Position numbers and translations under genes: made by a program
Shown here: positions 19,467 to 24,687 of the stretch, one piece after another
How the letters are laid out: each line of letters opens with the position of its first letter
How positions within the stretch are numbered: the stretch's first letter is position 1
Notes under the pieces: model-generated
Told to the model about the DNA's origin: nothing
What the model saw: only the letters and a program-made list of their open reading frames with translations
Database searches by the model: none
Origin: a virus
Taxonomy: Duplodnaviria > Heunggongvirae > Uroviricota > Caudoviricetes
Virus record (IMG/VR): IMGVR_UViG_2711768042_000001
Coordinates: 1 to 24,687 of that record
Strand: one strand, 5' to 3'
DNA: 24,687 nucleotides

Positions 19467-19994
19467 TCAATGGCTGTTTATGGCTTCTAAAGAAGCTTCT
19501 GCACTTATCGGCAAAGCAATAGTATCCTTGTTAGATGTGCTATTGCTTTCCAGAACTATGGAAATCCAATCCTCTTGGTTTTCATTAATTGTGCTGACAG
19601 CCATGATAGCATTCAAATCATTTTTATATATTTCTGATCGAATAAGACCTTTCCTGAATAATTTAGTTAAGTTTTCAGCTATCGACATCGCACGAATGCT
19701 AACTTTACTAAGCTCAATTGCGTCACTACCTGCGACTTTGGCGTGTTGAGAAAGAGCCATCAAAGCTATATGTGAAAATGTTTCTTCTTTTGAAAAACCG
19801 TTACTTAAAGACATGAGTGATACACCAGCTCCGTATGGAGTGAGTTTATATCCTGATACATTCAGTGCATGCTCTACAAAGGTAAGATCATCAGTTGTAG
19901 AAACATGCATATCGTTACTTTTTTGTTTTTTTGCAATAAATAAAAAAACAAAATTAATAATCACGATGCCGACGATGATTAAGAAAACTTCCAT
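19467..19994 (-). CDS. membrane-anchored accessory protein (single N-terminal TM); superinfection-exclusion candidate by position
   Basis: ATG 19994 with GAGG 7 nt upstream; N-terminus EVFLIIVGIVIINFVFLFIA is one TM helix; AT-rich; sits directly after the injection gene on the opposite strand, where P22 carries sieA. Confidence 0.6.
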   Translation of the reverse strand: MEVFLIIVGIVIINFVFLFIAKKQKSNDMHVSTTDDLTFVEHALNVSGYKLTPYGAGVSLMSLSNGFSKEETFSHIALMALSQHAKVAGSDAIELSKVSIRAMSIAENLTKLFRKGLIRSEIYKNDLNAIMAVSTINENQEDWISIVLESNSTSNKDTIALPISAEASLEAINSH

Positions 19995-20014
19995 TGCTTT
20001 TCCTCACAATAACA

Positions 20015-20029
20015 TTACCTTAAAGGTAA
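20015..20029. promoter_or_regulatory. palindromic motif TTACC-TTAAA-GGTAA, site 2 of 6
   Basis: Exact string 20-35 nt upstream of the 19994 start on the minus strand. Confidence 0.4.
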
Positions 20030-20054
20030 TATTTTGTGCTAATGTGATCAAGTG

Positions 20055-20453
20055 TTAAGTGTATACCTCCTGTTGCTCAGTGGTGATTTTACCCGGCAAC
20101 ACCTTTTTAGCTTTGTGCGGGTTAACCACATGGCCTTTAGTCCAGTACTCGTAGAGCACATCGTCACACTCTTCCTGATACTGGATTACCTTGTCGCGGA
20201 TTTCAGGGCGGACTTTGTTAGGGCTGATGCTGTTCAACCAAGCTGCCAATTTTCGTAAAGCCATACAAATCATGGCTTGCACCCCACCGGCAGAAGGTAT
20301 GGTGATTTCCACCATACCCTTCGAGAAGCGTTGAGAAATCTTCTTATGTTGAGATTTCCAGTCTAGCCCCATTCCCTCAACGATAGGTTTCATTGGGGTA
20401 TACGGTTCGCCGTTGTGATTGACAACATAAAGCTCTGCGCCGTGGAATGGCAC
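20055..20453 (-). CDS. antirepressor N-terminal-domain-like protein (P22_AR_N-like), possibly truncated
   Basis: N-terminus FHGAELYVVNHNGEPYTPMKPIVEGMGLDWKSQ...VIQYQEECDDVLYEYWTKG has the style of P22-antirepressor N-domains (from memory). Starts with GTG, no clear SD, only 132 aa, so may be a remnant. Confidence 0.45.
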   Translation of the reverse strand: MPFHGAELYVVNHNGEPYTPMKPIVEGMGLDWKSQHKKISQRFSKGMVEITIPSAGGVQAMICMALRKLAAWLNSISPNKVRPEIRDKVIQYQEECDDVLYEYWTKGHVVNPHKAKKVLPGKITTEQQEVYT

Positions 20454-20590
20454 GTTGATAGTAGTGACAAATTTGAAACATCGCTGGTTGTAAGCCAGCA
20501 GATGCTCGTTATTTTACGTCGCGGCACAATTTCTCGCTGCTGGCTCTTTTACACACATTAACCAAATATGGTTGATTTTAATATTTATAC

Positions 20591-20886
20591 GCGCTTATCA
20601 TTACCTTTGCGGTAAATTTACATTGCATTCCTCTTGTGCCATAGTAATCGGGCACTGGCAAAATCCAGTGTCGGGATTGGTCTCCCGGATTACTAAGTGG
20701 CGCATACCACGCCAGACGTGGTTTTTTTATGCGTATAGCACAGTCATGCCAGAATTATGGTGGGCTGAATGGGGGTCCGAAAGGACGCCGGTACCACTTA
20801 GGCCGGTAAGACCAACTCCGTTCAGTTCACCACCATCTGATTGGTCTCAGCGGTGGTGATGTAATTCGCTAAGTGGAGACGCCATC
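20591..20886 (+). promoter_or_regulatory. structured ~295-nt leader upstream of the AntA-like gene (copy 1 of an inverted pair)
   Basis: About 85-90 percent identical to the reverse complement of 23122-23412; contains TTACC-TTTGC-GGTAA (20601-20615), two stem-loops, an intrinsic terminator, then complementary sites AGACCAA (20809-20815) and TTGGTCT (20841-20847) before the RBS GGAG. Confidence 0.7.
20651..20727 (+). ncRNA. candidate C4-like antisense sRNA, copy 1 (SL1 CACUGG-CAAAAU-CCAGUG; SL2 CGGGA-UUGGUC-UCCCG; terminator CCACG-CCAGA-CGUGG then U7)
   Basis: Three consecutive hairpins ending in a U-run, about 77 nt; SL2 loop UUGGUCU is complementary to AGACCAA in the downstream leader. 5' end not determined. 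Confidence 0.45.
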
Positions 20887-21543
20887 ATGAACGCTCAACT
20901 CATCCCCGTATTCAACGGCACTATATCTAACGAAACAGCCCTACTTTGTAATGCCCGCGATCTGCACGCTTTTTTAGGTGTTAAAAAGGTGTTTGCAGCA
21001 TGGATTACAAATCGCATTTCAGAATACGAATTCATTGAAAATCAAGACTATATTTTGCTTTCCAATTTGGGAAAGCAAACATCTGGTAGAGGCGGCCACA
21101 ACCGCAAAGAGTACCACCTCACCCTTGATACAGCCAAAGAGCTGGCGATGGTCGAGCGTAACGAAAAAGGTCGCCAGATACGACGCTACTTCATTGAATG
21201 CGAGAAACGTTTAAGACAACAAGAAACAAAGGTGGAGAAGGTCTTGTCAGGCTTCATGCCAGCCATTATGGAGGCGATCAAGCTGGAAGACAAAAAAGAA
21301 TACAGCGCCCAACTGAAGCCCGGCTACCGCAGCCTGATTCATTCGCCGTCTGGTGTTCTCGGCCTGACGGAGAACTCACTGCTGATGAATTTGCTGAACC
21401 AGTTACAGGAAGACGGGCATGATGTATCGGGCGCGGCAGCGGAGCTGACCACCATGTTCTGCTACATCGTCGGTGTGAGCAAATGCCTGCGTGATATCCA
21501 GACGCACGCGGAGTACATCAACGACAAGGCAGGGTTCTTCTGA
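20887..21543 (+). CDS. antirepressor, AntA-type N-domain plus shared C-terminal domain
   Basis: ATG with GGAG 8 nt upstream; N-domain ...[16 protein letters not shown]...[30 protein letters not shown] matches the AntA pattern; the C-terminal 80 aa are near-identical to the C-terminus of the 22435..23121 gene. Confidence 0.75.
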   Translation: MNAQLIPVFNGTISNETALLCNARDLHAFLGVKKVFAAWITNRISEYEFIENQDYILLSNLGKQTSGRGGHNRKEYHLTLDTAKELAMVERNEKGRQIRRYFIECEKRLRQQETKVEKVLSGFMPAIMEAIKLEDKKEYSAQLKPGYRSLIHSPSGVLGLTENSLLMNLLNQLQEDGHDVSGAAAELTTMFCYIVGVSKCLRDIQTHAEYINDKAGFF

Positions 21544-21568
21544 CGAGCGGCGGCACAGGGATGTGCAA
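21301..21568. repeat. inverted repeat arm A (antirepressor C-domain coding plus 25 bp of 3' flank)
   Basis: About 94 percent identical to the reverse complement of 22410-22677. Confidence 0.8.
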
Positions 21569-21580
21569 AACGGAACTATC

Positions 21581-21592
21581 GTGACATGTCAC
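21581..21592. repeat. 12-bp perfect palindrome GTGACATGTCAC, copy 3 of 3
   Basis: Exact string between the antA stop and its terminator. Confidence 0.9.
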
Positions 21593-21593
21593 A

Positions 21594-21617
21594 GGCCGCT
21601 TTCGCGGCCTTGTTTTT
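21594..21617 (+). terminator. rho-independent terminator (GGCCGC-UUUC-GCGGCC then TTGTTTTT)
   Basis: 6-bp GC stem with tetraloop and T-run directly after the AntA-like gene. Confidence 0.7.
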
Positions 21618-21654
21618 AACGAATGCCACCGCCACCCGGGCGGGAATCCGCAGA

Positions 21655-21678
21655 CACAAAAAAGCCCGCGTCGCGGGC
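21655..21678 (-). terminator. rho-independent terminator for the minus-strand membrane-protein gene (GCCCGCG-AC-GCGGGC then U6 on minus strand)
   Basis: Plus strand AAAAAAGCCCGCGTCGCGGGC at 21658-21678, abutting the stop of the 21679..22218 gene. Confidence 0.65.
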
Positions 21679-22218
21679 TTACCAAAACTTGTACCACGGG
21701 GATTTATCCTTCAATGGACAATCCTTCCATCGTGTGGCCAACCATTCATATTCTTTAAAATATGTGTTTATGTTTTCTTTTTCTCTAATAGCTTGTATAA
21801 GAGGTAGCGCAATCTGATAGTTATTTACAACGGAGCTGTAAAATACTTCCTTAATCATGGTCTCATCATAAGTTTTCCGCTTCACGCTCACAGCCATGCG
21901 TTCGTAGAAACCTAGACAGTAAATTATTTCTCTCTTCTCTATCTTTTCTTCATCCGTAAGATCAGCCTGCCCATTGCTTGGATACATATAAGAGCGGAAT
22001 GATTTGTTCGATTCGTGAATGCGGCGCATAGTAGATAGGCCTTTCTTATAATCTACATCAAACCTGCTTTCACCAAGGAATACTGAAGTGTGTACTTTTC
22101 TCGCTGTATTTACATTATAAATAATAGTAGCGATAGCTATGAACAAGCCAAGCGAAACCGCGACTGCACTTACGATTTGAGCCACAGCCATGGCAAATTG
22201 CATTTCTTCACTTAACAC
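21679..22218 (-). CDS. membrane-anchored accessory protein (N-terminal TM helix), unknown function; exclusion/abortive-infection candidate
   Basis: GTG 22218 with GGAGA 6 nt upstream (alternative ATG at 22203); TM segment FAMAVAQIVSAVAVSLGLFIAIATIIY; own terminator; AT-rich; lies between the two convergent antirepressor cassettes. Confidence 0.6.
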   Translation of the reverse strand: MLSEEMQFAMAVAQIVSAVAVSLGLFIAIATIIYNVNTARKVHTSVFLGESRFDVDYKKGLSTMRRIHESNKSFRSYMYPSNGQADLTDEEKIEKREIIYCLGFYERMAVSVKRKTYDETMIKEVFYSSVVNNYQIALPLIQAIREKENINTYFKEYEWLATRWKDCPLKDKSPWYKFW

Positions 22219-22347
22219 AAACTGTCTCCAGACATGAAAACGGGGCCTAATGGCCCCGTCATTAAACTATCCGAATGTTAAACGCCTTCGTACTCGTCAA
22301 ATTTTCTCATGTGGGCTCCTCCTGTATCGGTGCCTAATCGCTATGGA

Positions 22348-22362
22348 TCACCCGTAAGGTAA
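22348..22362. promoter_or_regulatory. imperfect palindromic motif TCACC-CGTAA-GGTAA, site 4 of 6
   Basis: One half-site mismatch relative to TTACC-N5-GGTAA; intergenic, about 140 nt upstream of the 22218 start. Confidence 0.3.
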
Positions 22363-22409
22363 TAGTACTCTATTCACCCCCCTGTCTGCAATCGTACAGA
22401 ATTATTTAA

Positions 22410-22677
22410 AGGCACATCCCTGTGCCGCCGCCCGTCAGAAGACCCCTGCCTTGTCGTTGATGTATTCCGCGTGGGTCTGGATATCACGCAGGCATTTACT
22501 CACACCGACGATGTAGCAGAACATGGTGGTCAGTTCCGCCGCCGCGCCCGATACGTCGTGCCCGTCTTCCTGTAACTGGTTCAGCAGATTCATCAGCAGT
22601 GAGTTCTCCGTCAGGCCGAGAACACCAGACGGCGAATGAATCAGGCTGCGGTAGCCGAGCTTCAGTGGGGCGCTGTA
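22410..22677. repeat. inverted repeat arm B (antirepressor C-domain coding plus 3' flank)
   Basis: Reverse complement about 94 percent identical to 21301-21568. Confidence 0.8.
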
Positions 22678-23121
22678 GGTTTTGTTCTCTACCTTCATTG
22701 CCTGCATCACTGCTGATGCTGTGGCGCTGGCTACCTGGTCGGCAACCATCTTTATGCGTTCTTCCTGCGGGAGCGAGTTTTTAATGTAACTTCCGGTGCG
22801 GCGGATCTGAGGAAGAACCTCACCTGTAACCCATTTACGAAAGCGGTAGGGGGTAGTGCCTGGTGTCACCGCATCGCGGCAGCGGAGGATCAGTGTGTAG
22901 AGGCCTGACTCGTTGATAATATTGGTTTCGCCTTGACGGCCTAAGTTAAATTTAGCCCTTTCATCATCATCAAGAGATTTTATTGACATAGTGGGGTTTG
23001 TCAGTTGAAGAGCTTTAATAACGTCTTTGGCAACAAACCAAGGATTTCCATCAATAACAATGGCTCGAATGGTTGCTTCTGATTCAAAATGAAAAACAGA
23101 TGGGGTTACGTTAGCAGTCAT
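22435..23121 (-). CDS. antirepressor, Bro-N-type N-domain plus shared C-terminal domain
   Basis: ATG 23121 with AGGTGAT upstream (track ORF extends to 23274 but that N-terminal extension overlaps the conserved leader). Bro-N pattern: IDGNPWFVAKDVIKAL...NESGLYTLILRCR...YRFRKWVTGEVLPQIRRTGSY. Confidence 0.75.
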   Translation of the reverse strand: MTANVTPSVFHFESEATIRAIVIDGNPWFVAKDVIKALQLTNPTMSIKSLDDDERAKFNLGRQGETNIINESGLYTLILRCRDAVTPGTTPYRFRKWVTGEVLPQIRRTGSYIKNSLPQEERIKMVADQVASATASAVMQAMKVENKTYSAPLKLGYRSLIHSPSGVLGLTENSLLMNLLNQLQEDGHDVSGAAAELTTMFCYIVGVSKCLRDIQTHAEYINDKAGVF

Positions 23122-23274
23122 AGCGATCACCTTTGTAGTTAGGTTAATCACCACTACCGACGCCAATCGGTTGGTGGTGAACTGTGCAGGGTTGGCGTAA
23201 CCGGCTACAAAGGACCCGGCGCACCTTTCGGTGCCCCCACACAGCCCACCATAGAATAGGTGCGCTTTACACAT

Positions 23275-23352
23275 AAAAAAACCGCTTATGCGGCATATGT
23301 GCCTCTGTAGTAACTCGGGACGCCAATCCCGGCACTGGATTTTGCCAGTGCC
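23275..23352 (-). ncRNA. candidate C4-like antisense sRNA, copy 2 (SL2 loop UUGGCG; terminator CCGC-AUAA-GCGG then U7)
   Basis: Same three-hairpin architecture as copy 1; loop UUGGCGU is complementary to ACGCCAA (plus 23192-23198, read on minus) in its own leader. Confidence 0.45.
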
Positions 23353-23387
23353 CGATTACTATGGCACAAGAGGAGTGCGATGTAAAT

Positions 23388-23402
23388 TTACCGCAAAGGT
23401 AA
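23388..23402. promoter_or_regulatory. palindromic motif TTACC-GCAAA-GGTAA, site 5 of 6
   Basis: Exact string at the upstream end of leader copy 2, mirroring 20601-20615 in copy 1. Confidence 0.4.
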
Positions 23403-23433
23403 ATATAAGCACTCCATTTGGTAATTGCAAACC

Positions 23434-23691
23434 TTATCTGGTTTGTTTTCGTAATTGTTCGGCACAATAGTCGAGATGTGTTTGCAGATCCTGCATAGAC
23501 ATCTGTGAGCTGGTGACGTAGTTAATCAGTGCAGTCAGTTCGGCAAGTGGGCCATCGACATTAAATCCATCCTTATCGAGATCCCGGAGTAATTTCATCA
23601 AGTGCGATCCCTCCACCAGTGACCTGACGCCTCCCGGCGTGTGAATCCTTTCGGTAAATCCGTCTTCCAGTGGATAGTGATACTGCTGCAT
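23434..23691 (-). CDS. small protein (about 85 aa) homologous to the antirepressor C-terminal domain only
   Basis: ATG 23691 with GGAG 6 nt upstream (track start 23814 is probably too long because it would cover the LexA box and operator motifs). YHYPLEDGFTERIHTPGGVRSLVEGSHLMKLLRDLDKDGFNVDGPLAELT aligns with [50 protein letters not shown]. Confidence 0.55.
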   Translation of the reverse strand: MQQYHYPLEDGFTERIHTPGGVRSLVEGSHLMKLLRDLDKDGFNVDGPLAELTALINYVTSSQMSMQDLQTHLDYCAEQLRKQTR

Positions 23692-23710
23692 CTTATCTTC
23701 TCCATGCAAT

Positions 23711-23730
23711 AACTGTATATTTATACAGTA
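23711..23730. promoter_or_regulatory. LexA (SOS) box: AACTGTATATTTATACAGTA
   Basis: CTGT-N8-ACAG with an AT-rich spacer, 18 of 20 matches to the E. coli consensus TACTGTATATATATACAGTA; 20-40 nt upstream of the 23691 start on the minus strand. Confidence 0.6.
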
Positions 23731-23767
23731 GCAAATAATTTGTTTGCTATCCAGCACGTTTTGCAAA

Positions 23768-23782
23768 TTACCTGAAAGGTAA
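23768..23782. promoter_or_regulatory. palindromic motif TTACC-TGAAA-GGTAA, site 6 of 6
   Basis: Exact string, identical core to site 1 (4423-4437). Confidence 0.4.
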
Positions 23783-23886
23783 TATCTATTCGTATTTACA
23801 GTCTTTCTATCCATATGTGGTTTTCCAGGTAATAGAATAACCAGATATGCGGCGCAACGGGTGCTGCGACTATCTGGAGATTTAAC

Positions 23887-24687
23887 ATGACGGTCTCAAC
23901 CGAAGTTGACCACAACGAATACACCGGTAACGGCGTTACGACATCGTTTCCGTATACTTTTCGAATTTTCAGAAAATCAGACCTGGTTGTTCAGGTGTCT
24001 GACCTGAACGGAAACGTAACAGAATTGGTTCTGGATACCGGTTATACGGTAACTGGGGCGGGCACTTATAGTGGCGGTTCTGTGGTTCTTCCGTCTCCGC
24101 TTGCTACTGGATGGCGAATTACGATAGATCGTGTGCTTGATGTAGTGCAGGAGACAGACCTTCGCAATCAGGGAAAATTTTTCCCCGAAGTGCATGAAGA
24201 TGCCTTTGACTACCTGACGATGCTGATCCAGCAATGTTTTGGGTGGTTCAGACGTGCATTGATGAAACCATCTTTGCTTGCAAAATATTACGATGCAAAG
24301 CAAAACAAAATTTCTAACCTTGCAGATCCATCATTTGAGCAGGACGCTGTAAATAATCGCTCAATGCGTAATTATGTCGATGCTGCAATCGCCGGGGTTG
24401 TTGGTGGTTTTGGTTGGTTTATTCAGTATGGTTCTGGGGCTGTGTACCGAACGTTCCAGGATAAAATGCGTGATGCTATTAGCCCCAAAGATTTTGGAGC
24501 TGTTGGTGATGGTATAAATGACGATTCCACTGCAATAAGCGCGTGCCTTGAAGCCTCATCTCCAGGTTATAAAATTGACGGATTAGGGCTTACTTTTAAA
24601 GTATCAACTCTTCCGGATGTCAGTCGATTTAAAAATGCTCGTTTTTTATTTGAGAGAATACCGGGCCAGCCTCTTTTTTATGCTTCT
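23887..24687 (+). CDS. tailspike/tail fiber protein, N-terminal part (3' end outside the window)
   Basis: ATG 23887 with GGAGA upstream; open to the window end (267 codons); N-terminus TVSTEVDHNEYTGNGVTTSFPYTF is typical of tailspike adaptor domains, and DFGAVGDGINDDSTAI is the pectate-lyase-type beta-helix entry motif. Missing from the supplied ORF track because it has no stop in the window. Confidence 0.75.
   Translation, partial: MTVSTEVDHNEYTGNGVTTSFPYTFRIFRKSDLVVQVSDLNGNVTELVLDTGYTVTGAGTYSGGSVVLPSPLATGWRITIDRVLDVVQETDLRNQGKFFPEVHEDAFDYLTMLIQQCFGWFRRALMKPSLLAKYYDAKQNKISNLADPSFEQDAVNNRSMRNYVDAAIAGVVGGFGWFIQYGSGAVYRTFQDKMRDAISPKDFGAVGDGINDDSTAISACLEASSPGYKIDGLGLTFKVSTLPDVSRFKNARFLFERIPGQPLFYAS

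Larger units (their letters stand above)
23122..23412 (-). promoter_or_regulatory. structured leader upstream of the Bro-N antirepressor (copy 2, inverted relative to copy 1)
   Basis: Reverse complement aligns to 20591-20886 along its whole length, with clustered substitutions in the SL2 loop and in both downstream complementary sites. Confidence 0.7.

Noticed and set aside
20617-20647. Sigma70 promoter TTTACA-N17/19-TAGTAAT directly upstream of the candidate sRNA
   Set aside because: Not rejected outright, but the -10 match is weak at any allowed spacing, so I did not annotate it as a feature; the sRNA may instead be processed from a longer transcript as for P1 C4.
22435-23274. Track start at 23274 for the Bro-N antirepressor, and track start at 23814 for the small C-domain gene
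   Set aside because: The N-terminal extensions would run through the conserved structured leader/terminator and through the LexA box and operator palindromes; internal ATGs at 23121 and 23691 have good SDs and begin at the conserved domains.
1-24687. CRISPR arrays, integrase/att sites, IS elements, toxin-antitoxin pairs
   Set aside because: No direct-repeat/spacer periodicity, no integrase- or transposase-like ORF, and no short-ORF pair with TA-like features was seen; the only tRNA is internal to the phage module and not obviously an attachment site.

Overview
This window reads as a mosaic temperate podovirus-like prophage segment, mostly on the + strand. It runs from the 3' end of a lambdoid-type accessory region (DUF551-like, ASCH-like, zinc-ribbon proteins) through small and large terminase, a T7-type portal, scaffold, major capsid, tail-tube proteins (gp11/gp12-like) and large internal virion proteins (one with a lytic transglycosylase domain), to the start of a tailspike that runs off the 3' edge. 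Two accessory islands interrupt this module. The first (3352-4527) carries a minus-strand moron and a phage-encoded tRNA-Arg(UCU). The second (19467-23886), at the position of the P22 sieA/immI region, is the most interesting part: three antirepressor N-domain types (P22_AR_N-like, AntA-like, Bro-N-like), two N-terminally membrane-anchored proteins, and a standalone copy of the shared antirepressor C-domain behind a near-consensus LexA box. Both full antirepressor genes are preceded by a ~295-bp structured leader, present as an inverted pair, each with an sRNA-like stem-loop/terminator unit whose loop heptamer matches a complementary site in its own leader; the pair differs by compensatory changes (UUGGUCU/AGACCAA versus UUGGCGU/ACGCCAA). 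I read this as two C4-like antisense-RNA immunity circuits of different specificity. Two recurring palindromes (GTGACATGTCAC x3; TTACC-N5-GGTAA x6) mark module junctions and accessory-gene upstream regions. Everything is from reading the sequence; no database search was run, so family assignments are motif-based inference.
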